A stretch of 64,000 bases of DNA from Alphaproteobacteria bacterium (GCA_016794225.1 JAEUKQ010000003.1:10215-74214); one strand, 5' to 3'. Numbered from the stretch's first letter, positions 50,731 to 61,277 are shown. Program-made: numbers and translations. The notes: generated by a model from the letters alone, not told the origin.

Positions 50731-52107
50731 ATGAAAAAGGTATTTATCAAAAGCTATGGCTGTCAGATGAATCATTATGACTCAGAGAGAATGCTTGAAT
50801 CCTTGACCCCTCTTGCTTTTCAGCAAACCGAATCTGTTGAAGAAGCCGATATGGTTATTTTAAATACCTGCCATATTCGTGAAAAAGCTGCCGATAAGCT
50901 ATTTTCTGATTTGGGGCGCTTGAATCAACTGAAAAACAGGCGTCAGCAACAAGGTCACAAAACCGTTCTAACGGTAGCGGGATGTGTGGCTCAAGCCGAG
51001 GGAGAAGAAATACAAAAACGTGCACCTTATGTTGATATTGTTATTGGCCCACAGGCATATCATCGGTTGCCGCAAATTCTTGAAACGCCAGCCTATCAAA
51101 ACGCTGATGAAAAAATTTCTACTTTGGGGGTTGTTGATACCGAATTTCCGATCGAGTCAAAATTTGATCATTTACCAAAAAACCGCAGCAAAACAAACGT
51201 TTCGGCTTTTTTAACAATTCAGGAAGGCTGCGATAAATTTTGCACGTTTTGTGTAGTACCTTATACAAGGGGTGCTGAAAGTTCGAGGCCCGTTAGTGAC
51301 ATTGTCAAAGAAGCACAACAGTTAGTAAGCAATGGTGCGCAGGAAATAATCTTATTAGGTCAAAATGTAAATGCTTATCATGGAATAGCTGAAAAAAATG
51401 CTGAAAGCTGGGGTTTGGCGCGATTACTTTATGAATTGGCTGAAATTGATGGGCTGCGTCGACTGCGCTATACAACTTCACATCCGCTTGATATGGGCGA
51501 TGATTTAATTAAGGCGCACGGTAAAATTGATGTTTTAATGCCCTATTTGCATTTACCGGTTCAATCTGGTTCAAATCGAATATTAAAATTAATGAACAGG
51601 CGGCATAATACAAACGACTATGAGCGTGTGATTAATCAACTTAGGTCTATTAGGCCGGATATAGCAGTATCATCGGATTTTATTGTTGGATTTCCAGGCG
51701 AGACAGACCAGGATTTTAAAGAAACATTGGCATTTGTTAACAAGATAGGATACGCCCAAGCTTTTTCGTTTAAATATAGTGCTCGGCCAGGAACGCCGGC
51801 AGCAACACACGATCACCAGGTAGATGAGATTGTTAAGGATCGTCGGTTGCAGGAACTGCAAGCGTTGCTTGATCAACAGCAACATGATTTTAACCAAAAA
51901 ATAGTTGGACAAATTATACCTGTTCTTTTTGAAAAAACGAGCAGGTATGATCACCAAATACAGGGTCGTAGTCCTTATATGCAGTTGGTGCACGCAATAG
52001 CTACAAACGAGCTGATTGGACACATCAGAAATGTTCGTGTCGATCTTGCTCACCCACATAGCTTAGTCGGCACATTGCAGCCAGTTTCTTCAGGATATAC
52101 AGGTTAA
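50731..52107 (+). CDS. miaB: tRNA-i6A37 methylthiotransferase MiaB
   Basis: 458 aa. MTTase N-terminus (SYGCQMNHYDSE), radical-SAM CDKFCTFC, and a TRAM domain. Confidence 0.95.
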   Translation: MKKVFIKSYGCQMNHYDSERMLESLTPLAFQQTESVEEADMVILNTCHIREKAADKLFSDLGRLNQLKNRRQQQGHKTVLTVAGCVAQAEGEEIQKRAPYVDIVIGPQAYHRLPQILETPAYQNADEKISTLGVVDTEFPIESKFDHLPKNRSKTNVSAFLTIQEGCDKFCTFCVVPYTRGAESSRPVSDIVKEAQQLVSNGAQEIILLGQNVNAYHGIAEKNAESWGLARLLYELAEIDGLRRLRYTTSHPLDMGDDLIKAHGKIDVLMPYLHLPVQSGSNRILKLMNRRHNTNDYERVINQLRSIRPDIAVSSDFIVGFPGETDQDFKETLAFVNKIGYAQAFSFKYSARPGTPAATHDHQVDEIVKDRRLQELQALLDQQQHDFNQKIVGQIIPVLFEKTSRYDHQIQGRSPYMQLVHAIATNELIGHIRNVRVDLAHPHSLVGTLQPVSSGYTG

Positions 52108-52110
52108 AAT

Positions 52111-53148
52111 ATGGTTGAAAACACTGATTCATCACTTTTACCACCTACGGTTTTATCATTTGATGATAACCGTCTTTTACCATCATTATATGGTCAACAT
52201 GAAGAGCACCTAGCACGATTGGAACAATTATTGCAGCTATCGATTGTTTCGCGGGGTAATAAATTGTTGATTTCAGGTCTGCCTTCTAATGTTGAAATTG
52301 TAAAAGTGGTTCTTAATCTTTTGTATCAGCGTCTAAAGAAAGGCCAAAACGTTGATCTTGCCGAGATTGAAGGGGCAGTTCGAATGGTCAAGGACAAGAA
52401 TGTTACTTCTAATGGATCTGCTGATAATATGGCTTCAGGCCAATTATTATTGCCCGATGAAAGCAGCGAAGCTGTTATTAAAACCATTCGCCGCCATGTT
52501 ATTCCACGCTCACCCAATCAAGTGGCTTATGTTAAGGCTTTACGACAGTATCCCTTAGTTTTTGGGTTAGGGCCAGCCGGGACAGGCAAAACGTATTTAG
52601 CGGTTGCGGCAGCAGTTTCAGCACTAATTAACGGTAAGATCGATCGGATTATTTTATCCAGGCCTGCCGTTGAAGCCGGAGAACGTCTGGGTTTTTTGCC
52701 CGGTGATCTTAAAGAAAAGGTTGATCCGTATTTAAGACCACTCTATGATGCCCTTTATGATATGCTTCCGCCCGAGCAGGTAGAGCGTCGTCTAACTACC
52801 GGTGATATTGAAATTGCGCCCCTGGCATTTATGCGCGGTAGAACTTTATCAAACTGCTTTGTTATTTTAGACGAAGCACAAAACACAACCCCTGTTCAGA
52901 TGAAAATGTTTTTAACCCGTCTTGGGCAGAATGCCCAAATGGTTGTTACGGGTGATTTATCGCAAATTGATTTACCGGGGGGAGCTATTTCTGGATTGGC
53001 CGATGCGCTGCGCATTTTGCGTGGGGTTAAAGATATTCAAGTTATCGAATTTACAAAAGACGATGTCGTACGTCATCCTTTGGTTGCGCGTATTATTGAG
53101 GCGTATGATCGGCGAAACCCAAATCAAATTGAACCATCACGTTCTTAG
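52111..53148 (+). CDS. ybeZ: PhoH-family ATPase (YbeZ-like, N-terminal KH-like domain)
   Basis: 345 aa; Walker A GPAGTGKTY. Confidence 0.9.
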   Translation: MVENTDSSLLPPTVLSFDDNRLLPSLYGQHEEHLARLEQLLQLSIVSRGNKLLISGLPSNVEIVKVVLNLLYQRLKKGQNVDLAEIEGAVRMVKDKNVTSNGSADNMASGQLLLPDESSEAVIKTIRRHVIPRSPNQVAYVKALRQYPLVFGLGPAGTGKTYLAVAAAVSALINGKIDRIILSRPAVEAGERLGFLPGDLKEKVDPYLRPLYDALYDMLPPEQVERRLTTGDIEIAPLAFMRGRTLSNCFVILDEAQNTTPVQMKMFLTRLGQNAQMVVTGDLSQIDLPGGAISGLADALRILRGVKDIQVIEFTKDDVVRHPLVARIIEAYDRRNPNQIEPSRS

Positions 53149-53149
53149 A

Positions 53150-53665
53150 ATGCAAAAAAATATAATCAGAAAATCGACAATGAAGTTGCATATTCAGGTT
53201 ATAGATAAGAATTGGCGCCGGACTTTACCCAGTTTTGGCAGATATATTAGAAAGATTGTGGCATGTCATTATCCAGGACCACGTGATCTTGTTATCCCAG
53301 AATTTTCTGTTGTTTTGACGGATAACAAGCACTTGCAGACACTAAATGCTCAATACAGGGGGTATGATAAAGTAACCAATGTGTTGTCGTTTCCGATACC
53401 ATATTTATACCAGAATGCCAATGGTCATACCGTAAGTTTCCTTGGGGACATTTTTATGGGTCATGATCTGATTGTTGCGGAAGCGCGTGCACAACAAAAA
53501 ACAGTTCTTGATCACGCAACCCATTTACTGTTTCATGGATTGCTGCATCTGCTTGGATATGATCACCAAACAACAAAAGAGGCAGAAATTATGGAACGCT
53601 TGGAAATAGATATATTGGCTTCACTTAACATTAAAAATCCATATATTATTCAATCAAAGTCTTAA
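53150..53665 (+). CDS. ybeY: Endoribonuclease YbeY
   Basis: Zn motif HGLLHLLGYDH. Start taken at 53150, with 53180 as an alternative. The 247-aa ORF in the track would overlap phoH by about 230 nt. Confidence 0.85.
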   Translation: MQKNIIRKSTMKLHIQVIDKNWRRTLPSFGRYIRKIVACHYPGPRDLVIPEFSVVLTDNKHLQTLNAQYRGYDKVTNVLSFPIPYLYQNANGHTVSFLGDIFMGHDLIVAEARAQQKTVLDHATHLLFHGLLHLLGYDHQTTKEAEIMERLEIDILASLNIKNPYIIQSKS

Positions 53666-53687
53666 AAATTCTTTTAACGAACATTCA

Positions 53688-54593
53688 ATGTCAGACCAAT
53701 CATTTTCATCACATTCGGCAACATCTTCTTCAAACCAAGATCCTGGAAAACGAGGGTTTTGGCAGCGTTTTTTGGGGTTTTGGCGCAAAAAAAATGGTAG
53801 CGAAGAACTACGTGAAGTCATCGAGGATTTGATTGAAGAACATGATGCAGATCCCGATTCTTCGGCTTTTGGCGCTGATGAGGGTAGTTTGTTACGTAAC
53901 ATATTAAAATTACGTGATTTAACGGCCTATGATGTTATGATACCTCGTGCCGATATTGTTGCTGTTTCAAATAACTTAAGCCTACAGGAATTATTAAAAG
54001 TTTTTAGCCGTGAAGGTCATTCGCGTCTGCCTCTTTACCGCGATCACTTAGATGATGTCATTGGTTTTTTGCATATTCGTGATATATTAGCTTGCACTAT
54101 TCATGAACGTGAATATCAGCTTGACGCTTTAAAGCGTGATATTTTGTTTGTTGCCCCAACCATGTCAGTATTGGATTTGTTGCTTGAAATGCGCCTTAGC
54201 CGCATTCATATGGCTGTTGTTATTGACGAATTTGGTGGTACCGATGGGCTTATAACTATCGAGGATGTAATTGAATCGATCGTTGGTGATATTGAGGACG
54301 AGCATGATGTTCCAGAAGCTTCTCATCTTGTACATCGTTCAGATGGTTCATGGCTTGCGGATGCCCGCCTATCAATCAACGATCTTGAGCAGCAGGTTGG
54401 TAAGGTTTTAACCGAGGAAGAAGAGAAAAAAAATATTGATACTATTGGCGGACTAATTTTCTCGATAATTGGCCGCATTCCAAGTCGTGGTGAATTAATA
54501 GCACATCCTTCTGGCTTACAATTTGAAGTTATTGAAGCCGACCCGCGGCGAATTAAAAAATTGCGTATCGTACGTTCAATACCAAATTACTAA
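53688..54593 (+). CDS. corC: CorC/HlyC-family Mg/Co efflux protein (tandem CBS + CorC_HlyC domains)
   Basis: 301 aa. CBS pair plus the C-terminal transporter-associated domain. Conserved ybeZ-ybeY-corC-lnt order. Confidence 0.88.
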   Translation: MSDQSFSSHSATSSSNQDPGKRGFWQRFLGFWRKKNGSEELREVIEDLIEEHDADPDSSAFGADEGSLLRNILKLRDLTAYDVMIPRADIVAVSNNLSLQELLKVFSREGHSRLPLYRDHLDDVIGFLHIRDILACTIHEREYQLDALKRDILFVAPTMSVLDLLLEMRLSRIHMAVVIDEFGGTDGLITIEDVIESIVGDIEDEHDVPEASHLVHRSDGSWLADARLSINDLEQQVGKVLTEEEEKKNIDTIGGLIFSIIGRIPSRGELIAHPSGLQFEVIEADPRRIKKLRIVRSIPNY

Positions 54594-54619
54594 AAACAAT
54601 AATGATTCTTTGATACTCT

Positions 54620-56221
54620 ATGAAACCGAATAAAATTGCTGGTCATTTTTTTCTTTTAATTAATCAATATCCATGGCTATTGCGCCTGGTTCTAGCAGGT
54701 TTTGGGGTTATATCTTCGTTAGCTTTCGCACCATACCATCTGGTTTTTTTATTATTTCCAGCTTTTAGTTTTTTAATTTGGTTTCTTGATATTCAAACAA
54801 AGCGTATATCCGTTTTTGCAACAATATGGTGGTTTGGTCTGGGGCATTTTGTTTTTGGTAACGCTTGGATGGCAAATGCTATTTTGGTGCGGGTTGACGA
54901 GTTTGGGTGGCTATATCCTATTGCGCTTTTTGCGCCAGGTGCCGTACTAGCGACTTTGCCCGCCTTGTTGGGTGCTGTTGTATGGTCAAGGTGCAAGTCT
55001 CCTGATATTATGGTATCAGTTATATCGGTTGCTTTTGCATGGTCTTTGTCAGAGTGGCTGCGGTGCTGGTTGCTAACAGGCTATCCATGGAATCTTATTG
55101 GGTATGTTTGGTCAAATTACATACCAGTTTTACAAAGCGTAAATATTATTGGGGTTTTGGGGCTGGGGCTACTGACATTAATAACAGCAATGCTGCCTGT
55201 ATTGTTTTGGAGCCCAACAAAAAAACCAGTCATAAATCTTAAAAACATTACTTTTTTGGCAGCTGTGATTTTTATATGGTTAGGGATTGTGATCTATGGT
55301 GTGCAGCGATTGCACTATTTCCCTACAACTTATGTACCAGGTATTCTGCTTAGATTAGTACAGCCAGCTATTTCCCAGCAGGATAAAATTAATCCCGATA
55401 ATTATCAGAGCAACCTAAATGATTATTTGCGCCTGACCCGCAATACCAGTAACTTTCACCAGATTACCCATGTAATATGGCCTGAATCATCTGTTAGTTA
55501 CGATGTCGAGCGGTATCCTGAAGTGCGTCAGTTGTTATCAAGTGCCGTACCCGAAGGTGGAAAGCTAATCTTTGGTGCTAATCGATTACTGTGGCAAGGT
55601 GACCAAGTTATTCAAGCCTGGAACAGTCTATATGTAATTGATCAGCTTGGTTATATATTGGCGCGTTATGATAAGACCCATCTGGTACCATTTGGAGAGT
55701 ATGTGCCCGGGCGTTCATGGTTTCCATGGCTTAACAAGATAACGCCGGGTACACTTGACTTTTCAGCCGGTTCCGGACATGTAACATTAACTTTGGAAAA
55801 CGATATATTACCCCCGTTTAGTCCTCTTATATGTTACGAGGTTATTTTTCCCGGGCAGGTCAAATCTTACACAGACGGACCAACTTGGTTATTAAATATC
55901 ACTAATGACGGTTGGTTTGGCCTTAGCAGTGGTCCATATCAACATTTTGCCATGGCTAAAACACGTGCGGTTGAGGAAGGAATTCCGCTAATTCGAGTTG
56001 CGGCAACAGGAATTAGTGGCGTGGTTGATCCGTATGGTCGCATCTTGGCCTTGATACCCCTTAATCAGGTTGGTGTTGTTGATGCACCTTTGCCAAAACC
56101 ACATCCTACACGGACATGGTATTCCAAATTTGGTAACAGCACGTTTTTGGTTCTCTTAGGGATGTTGGCTATTTTCCTTGTTTGGAGCAGAGTGACCACA
56201 AGAAGAGAACCTAAAGGCTGA
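54620..56221 (+). CDS. lnt: Apolipoprotein N-acyltransferase
   Basis: 533 aa. N-terminal multi-transmembrane region and a C-terminal CN-hydrolase domain; catalytic Cys in the LICYE motif. Confidence 0.92.
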   Translation: MKPNKIAGHFFLLINQYPWLLRLVLAGFGVISSLAFAPYHLVFLLFPAFSFLIWFLDIQTKRISVFATIWWFGLGHFVFGNAWMANAILVRVDEFGWLYPIALFAPGAVLATLPALLGAVVWSRCKSPDIMVSVISVAFAWSLSEWLRCWLLTGYPWNLIGYVWSNYIPVLQSVNIIGVLGLGLLTLITAMLPVLFWSPTKKPVINLKNITFLAAVIFIWLGIVIYGVQRLHYFPTTYVPGILLRLVQPAISQQDKINPDNYQSNLNDYLRLTRNTSNFHQITHVIWPESSVSYDVERYPEVRQLLSSAVPEGGKLIFGANRLLWQGDQVIQAWNSLYVIDQLGYILARYDKTHLVPFGEYVPGRSWFPWLNKITPGTLDFSAGSGHVTLTLENDILPPFSPLICYEVIFPGQVKSYTDGPTWLLNITNDGWFGLSSGPYQHFAMAKTRAVEEGIPLIRVAATGISGVVDPYGRILALIPLNQVGVVDAPLPKPHPTRTWYSKFGNSTFLVLLGMLAIFLVWSRVTTRREPKG

Positions 56222-56324
56222 CCCTAAAATTTATAGATATGCATAAAATCTATTTTCTTTTTTGGAAATATGGCTAATCTAACGTTTTTGGTACAGCAAT
56301 GACTATTAAAAGGATTTTTGTATC

Positions 56325-57503
56325 GTGCAAAGCAAAAAAAAGGACTATTTGTTCACCAGCGAGTCTGTTTCCGAGGGGCACCCAGACAAAGTCTGTGATC
56401 GTATTTCCGACAGCATCGTAGATGCGTTTTTATCCGTTGATCCTTATGCCCGTGTTGCTTTGGAAAGTTTGGCGACAACCAATAAAGTGGTATTAGCAGG
56501 TGAAGTGCGTGGACCTGATCAGATAAACCATCAAAAATTGCGGGACATTACCCGACAGGCGATTCGTGATATCGGTTATGAGCAAGAGGGGTTTAACTGG
56601 AAAACGGTTGATATTGACGTTTATGTTCATAAGCAGTCTGCCGATATTGCCATGGGTGTTGATGCCACGTCAAATAAGGAAGAAGGAGCTGGTGATCAGG
56701 GGATCATGTTTGGGTATGCTTGTACGGAAACACCCGATTTAATGCCTGCGCCACTTTATTATGCCCACGCTATTTTGAAATCATTGTCACAAGCGCGACG
56801 TGAGGACAAGAATTTGGGTTTATTTCCTGATGCCAAAAGTCAGGTAACTTTACAATATATTAATGGCAAACCTGTTCGTGCAACCTCGATTGTTGTTTCA
56901 ACCCAGCATCATGCCGATTTAACCCAACAGCAGGTTCGCGAAATTGTGCGTCCGCATGTTTTAAAAATTTTGCCAAAAGGCTGGATGTGTGATGAAAAAG
57001 AGTTTTATGTAAACCCAACAGGACGTTTCGTAATTGGTGGGCCAGATGGTGATACAGGGTTAACCGGCCGCAAAATTATTGTTGATACTTATGGCGGGGC
57101 TGCTCCACATGGTGGGGGGGCTTTTTCTGGCAAAGATCCAACCAAGGTTGATCGTTCAGCTGCCTATGCAGCTCGGTATTTAGCTAAAAATGTGGTAGCT
57201 GCAGGCTTGGCGGATGCTTGTACAATTCAATTAGCGTACGCCATAGGTGTTGCCAGGCCATTATCTGTTTATGTTAACGCCCATGGTACTGGTAAAGTGG
57301 AAGAAGAGCAGCTATCTAAAAAACTGCAACAAATGGTTAATTTAAGCCCGCGCGGCATTCGTGAAAAATTACACCTGAATCGTCCCATTTATGCCCGAAC
57401 GTCTGCTTATGGCCATTTTGGCCGGAAGCCCGATTCTGATGGCGGTTTTTCTTGGGAAAAACTGGACTTGGTTGCTGAATTGAAGTCGGCGTTCGCGTGC
57501 TGA
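56325..57503 (+). CDS. metK: S-adenosylmethionine synthetase
   Basis: 392 aa. [15 protein letters not shown] and GGGAFSGKD motifs. GTG start. Confidence 0.96.
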   Translation: MQSKKKDYLFTSESVSEGHPDKVCDRISDSIVDAFLSVDPYARVALESLATTNKVVLAGEVRGPDQINHQKLRDITRQAIRDIGYEQEGFNWKTVDIDVYVHKQSADIAMGVDATSNKEEGAGDQGIMFGYACTETPDLMPAPLYYAHAILKSLSQARREDKNLGLFPDAKSQVTLQYINGKPVRATSIVVSTQHHADLTQQQVREIVRPHVLKILPKGWMCDEKEFYVNPTGRFVIGGPDGDTGLTGRKIIVDTYGGAAPHGGGAFSGKDPTKVDRSAAYAARYLAKNVVAAGLADACTIQLAYAIGVARPLSVYVNAHGTGKVEEEQLSKKLQQMVNLSPRGIREKLHLNRPIYARTSAYGHFGRKPDSDGGFSWEKLDLVAELKSAFAC

Positions 57504-57512
57504 AATATTATT

Positions 57513-58211
57513 ATGGCAGATTTAATTGACCACCGCTTCTATGGTCGGCGCAAGGGTCGGCGTATGCGTGTGCGGCAGAAACAGGATTTTAATCAGTTAT
57601 TGCCAAAATTTTCTTTTAATCTACCGGAAAGTAGTCGTTGCAACCCGAAACTATTTTTTTCAAGGCCAACCAAAGATATTTGGCTTGAGATTGGCTTTGG
57701 TTACGGCGAGCATTTGGCTGTTTTGGCCGAATATAATCCTGATATTGGGTTTATTGGGTGTGAAGTTTTTGAAAATGGTATTGGTCACCTTCTGTCAGCG
57801 ATTGCAGAAAAGAATATAGAAAACATTCGTATTTTTCCGCAACCAGCCCAACCATTGTTACAGCGGTTACCAGATCAATCAATAGGACGAATATTTTTAC
57901 TTTTTCCTGATCCTTGGCCTAAAAAAAGGCACGCTCGTAGACGTTTTGTCCAGCCTGAAACTATTGAATTACTGGGGCGCATCTTAAAGGATGGTGGGGA
58001 GTTGCGCATGGCAAGCGATGATCCCGGGTTGATTACCTGGATTACTGAGCACATGATGCGCAGCCAGGATTTTCGTTGGCTTGCAGGTGGTGCAGATGAC
58101 TGGCTAACTCGGCCAGCCGACTGGCCGCTAAGCCGATATGAAGAAAAGGCAATCAACAAAGGAATACAACCGGTTTATTGGCGGTTTGAACGATTATGCC
58201 GCCAGAAGTAA
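57513..58211 (+). CDS. trmB: tRNA (guanine46-N7)-methyltransferase
   Basis: 232 aa; LEIGFGYGEH and FPDPWPKKRH motifs. Confidence 0.92.
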   Translation: MADLIDHRFYGRRKGRRMRVRQKQDFNQLLPKFSFNLPESSRCNPKLFFSRPTKDIWLEIGFGYGEHLAVLAEYNPDIGFIGCEVFENGIGHLLSAIAEKNIENIRIFPQPAQPLLQRLPDQSIGRIFLLFPDPWPKKRHARRRFVQPETIELLGRILKDGGELRMASDDPGLITWITEHMMRSQDFRWLAGGADDWLTRPADWPLSRYEEKAINKGIQPVYWRFERLCRQK

Positions 58212-58398
58212 AGTCAGTGGCTTTTTTGTGCATTTTTTCAAGCAAAAAAGTATGTTAAACCTATCATCGGGATTGTAACAAACTTCAGAGCGTAAAATAA
58301 AGAATTAGGCTAACTATGCCACGCGGTTATTATACTTAATTCTTACAAAACAAACATATATTCTGCAATAACCCAAATGATACGGTCTTGCTAAATGA

Positions 58399-58998
58399 CT
58401 ATGTAGGTTGGAATAATTTTTGCATCTCTTTTAGGTTTTGCATATTAATAGATTTATCTGTTCCCAAATGGTTAACTTTTAGTGACCAATTCTGATTATA
58501 AAACCTAATACTAACAGCTGTGAAAAATAATCCACTTTCGCCAAATACAATATGCGCATCCGATAAAGAAGATGCCCACTGGTTTTTAATTGCTGGGTTG
58601 TTAAGAGAGCCAAATTGGGTTAATAAAACCCGCTGGTTGGTAACAGAAAGAATAAAGTGGGCCGTGCTATTAATCATCCATAAACCCAAAAGCGAGCAAA
58701 TAGAGGTAAGAAAACCGATAATTGCTGTAAAGTTTCGACTATTCTGTACGGAAATAGCCACAAGGACAATAAATAGTATTAAAAATAAGTTAACTATCGG
58801 TGGAACAGGTTGTTTGGTTGTTAATAGGACATATTTTATCTTTTCTTCTGGCTGAAGCACTACATCAGACAAAACCTTTTTTGCAAGAGCTGGCCATGGT
58901 AAAATCATCAAAAATACTCCATTATAGTTAAAATAGCCCTTATAAGCTTCAGAAGAAATAAAATACTTATAAGTGTCGACTAAGGTACATGTTAACAT
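58399..58998 (-). CDS. Hypothetical membrane protein (two transmembrane helices, orphan)
   Basis: 199 aa with 2 hydrophobic helices (IVNLFLILFIVLVAISV, AIIGFLTSICSLLGLWMI). Lone minus-strand gene in an AT-rich pocket between trmB and rimP. Start ambiguous (internal M at residue 31). Confidence 0.5.
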   Translation of the reverse strand: MLTCTLVDTYKYFISSEAYKGYFNYNGVFLMILPWPALAKKVLSDVVLQPEEKIKYVLLTTKQPVPPIVNLFLILFIVLVAISVQNSRNFTAIIGFLTSICSLLGLWMINSTAHFILSVTNQRVLLTQFGSLNNPAIKNQWASSLSDAHIVFGESGLFFTAVSIRFYNQNWSLKVNHLGTDKSINMQNLKEMQKLFQPT

Positions 58999-59049
58999 AT
59001 TGGGTATTAGTTGAAAATAATAAATAAAATGCCGAATTTAAATAAATCC

Positions 59050-59078
59050 TTGCCAAGGCCTAACGCGTGTGATAGCAT
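59050..59078 (+). promoter_or_regulatory. Sigma70-like promoter in the rimP leader
   Basis: TTGCCA, a 17-nt spacer, then TAGCAT, with an extended -10 TG (TGaTAGCAT). Confidence 0.4.
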
Positions 59079-59106
59079 GCACATCAAAATCATCCTTACA
59101 ATAAAG

Positions 59107-59131
59107 GGTGGGCCTAGTGCCCGCCTTTTTT
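59107..59131 (+). terminator. Intrinsic terminator-like hairpin + T6 in the rimP 5' leader (attenuator or sRNA terminator candidate)
   Basis: GGTGGGC-ctagt-GCCCGCC (one G·U pair) followed by TTTTTT. Sits about 30 nt downstream of the predicted promoter and about 60 nt upstream of the rimP ATG. Confidence 0.5.
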
Positions 59132-59192
59132 GTTAGGTGCTTCAGTCAAAACTTTTTGTCTTTAGTGACAGCGGAATTTGTAACGTTCGAGA

Positions 59193-59744
59193 ATGAATAA
59201 TATAGAGACGGTTCAAAAGTTATTGGAAACCCCATTACAAGAACGGGGATACGATTTGGTAATGGTCAAATGGTTGCAAGGTAATCCAGCCGTTTTGCAA
59301 ATTATGGCAGAACGTCAAAGTGGTATGTCGCTAACACTTGATGACTGTGTTTTACTAAACAATCTTGTTTCAACCCTTTTGGATGTTCATGATATAGTAC
59401 CCCACGCATATCAGCTTGAGGTTGGATCACCAGGAATTGACCGGCCATTAGTGAAAAAACAGGATTTTCAACGTTTTGTTGGTAAGGAAGCTTTTGTTGA
59501 GGTAACCTTGCCGGAAAACAAGACAAAAAGATTGACAGGGATTTTAGCCGGGGTACAAGAAGAAAAAATTTTATTAAAAGTTGATACCTTGCAAGAAGCG
59601 CTCGAGCTGCCTTATTCTGGAATTCGTCAAGCGCATCTGCGGTTGGAAAAAAACTTGTGGTCAGCAGGTAAAAAAAATCAAGCAACGACCAAAAAAATCA
59701 GCCGCCAACAACCAAAGAACCAAAAAAAGAAAGTTTCAAATTAG
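59193..59744 (+). CDS. rimP: Ribosome maturation factor RimP
   Basis: 183 aa. RimP N- and C-domains. Conserved position before nusA. Confidence 0.88.
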   Translation: MNNIETVQKLLETPLQERGYDLVMVKWLQGNPAVLQIMAERQSGMSLTLDDCVLLNNLVSTLLDVHDIVPHAYQLEVGSPGIDRPLVKKQDFQRFVGKEAFVEVTLPENKTKRLTGILAGVQEEKILLKVDTLQEALELPYSGIRQAHLRLEKNLWSAGKKNQATTKKISRQQPKNQKKKVSN

Positions 59745-59753
59745 GATATAAAA

Positions 59754-61277
59754 ATGCCAACGCTTTCAAATATTCAACGCCATGAATTGTTACAAGTTGC
59801 CGATGCAGTTGCGCGGGAAAAAAATATTAACCGTGAAGAAATTTTAATGGCCATGGAAATGGCTATTCAGAAAGCTGGCAAGGCCAAATATGGCAATGAC
59901 CACGATATTCGCACAAAAATTGATCGTCGAACAGGTGAAGTGAAACTTTTCCGTTATTTACAAGTTGTTGATAATGTCGAGAATGAAGTAACGCAAATTT
60001 CAGTTCCTGAAGCGCAAAAACAACAGCCAGGGGCCAAGTTGGGTGATTTTTTAACCGAAGAATTACCACCAATTGATTTAGGTCGAATATCTGCACAAAC
60101 TGCAAAGCAGGTTATTGTTCAGAAGGTTCGTGAGGTTGAACGCCAGCATGAATACGAGGAATACAAAGATCGTAAAGGTGAAATTATCAATGGAGTTGTG
60201 CGCCGTGTTGAGTTTGGTAATGTAACTATCGAACTTGGCAAAGCCGAAGCGATGTTGCGGCGTGACATGATGCTTCCCAGAGAAACGTTCCGGCCTGGTG
60301 ATCGTGTGCGTGCCTTAATAGCTGATGTGCGATCCGACAGCAAGGGTTCGCAAATCGTTTTGTCAAGAACTAGCCCAGAGTTTATGGCCAAGCTGTTTAC
60401 CCAGGAAGTTCCAGAAATATACAACAAAATTATTGAAATTAAATCGGTCGCTCGTGATCCAGGTAGTCGGGCAAAGATGGCGGTTTATTCACGCGACAGT
60501 AATATTGATCCGGTTGGTGCCTGTGTTGGGATTCGCGGTAGTCGTGTGCAAGCAATTGTGAACGAACTACAGGGCGAGAAGGTAGACATTGTTCCCTGGT
60601 CATCCGATCAGGCAACCTTTGTTGTCAATTCGCTGGCTCCAGCTGAAGTAAGTAAAGTTGTTTTGGATGAGGAAACCAAGAGAATTGAGGTAGTTGTTCC
60701 AGATGATCAACTAAGCCTGGCAATTGGCCGAAAAGGTCAAAATGTTAGGTTGGCCAGCGAGCTTACGGGCTGGGAAATTGATATTTTAACAGAAGCTGCT
60801 GAGTCTGAACGTCGTGCCCAAGAGTTCAAGAATGTTTCCCAGGTTTTTGTTGATGCGCTTGACATCGATGAGGTCATTGCGCATTTGTTGATTACTGAAG
60901 GTTTTACCAAAGTTGAAGAAGTAGCTTATGTCGGCCTTGATGAGCTGGAAAAAATAGAAGGCTTTGATCAAGATTTGGCACAACAATTACAAGAACGCGC
61001 TAAAAATTACATTCAACAGCAACAGCAGCAGCAAAAATCTCGTTGGCAGGATTTAGGTGTTGATGGTAAGTTGGCAGATGTCCCAGGTCTTACACCAGAG
61101 TTATTGGTTACCCTCGGTGAGCAGGGTGTCAAAACTTTGCAGGATTTTGCTGACTTATCAAGTGATGAACTTATTAGTTCCGAAGATGGGTTGTTGAGAA
61201 AGCATAAGCTTAATTTGGCAAACGCTGATCAAATGATTATGGCAGCACGTCATATGCTTGATAATGTGAAAAAATAG
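59754..61277 (+). CDS. nusA: Transcription termination/antitermination factor NusA
   Basis: 507 aa. N-terminal domain, S1, two KH domains (GxxG), and C-terminal HhH acidic repeats. Confidence 0.97.
   Translation: MPTLSNIQRHELLQVADAVAREKNINREEILMAMEMAIQKAGKAKYGNDHDIRTKIDRRTGEVKLFRYLQVVDNVENEVTQISVPEAQKQQPGAKLGDFLTEELPPIDLGRISAQTAKQVIVQKVREVERQHEYEEYKDRKGEIINGVVRRVEFGNVTIELGKAEAMLRRDMMLPRETFRPGDRVRALIADVRSDSKGSQIVLSRTSPEFMAKLFTQEVPEIYNKIIEIKSVARDPGSRAKMAVYSRDSNIDPVGACVGIRGSRVQAIVNELQGEKVDIVPWSSDQATFVVNSLAPAEVSKVVLDEETKRIEVVVPDDQLSLAIGRKGQNVRLASELTGWEIDILTEAAESERRAQEFKNVSQVFVDALDIDEVIAHLLITEGFTKVEEVAYVGLDELEKIEGFDQDLAQQLQERAKNYIQQQQQQQKSRWQDLGVDGKLADVPGLTPELLVTLGEQGVKTLQDFADLSSDELISSEDGLLRKHKLNLANADQMIMAARHMLDNVKK

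Noticed and set aside
56222-56324. Possible SAM riboswitch in the about 100-nt metK leader
   Set aside because: Could not recognise the SAM-II/SAM-V pseudoknot consensus by eye. Would need an Rfam/Infernal scan to decide.
58214-58245. Possible terminator after trmB (CTTTTTTG…CAAAAAAG inverted repeat)
   Set aside because: An A/T-only stem with a 14-nt loop is too weak to call an intrinsic terminator.
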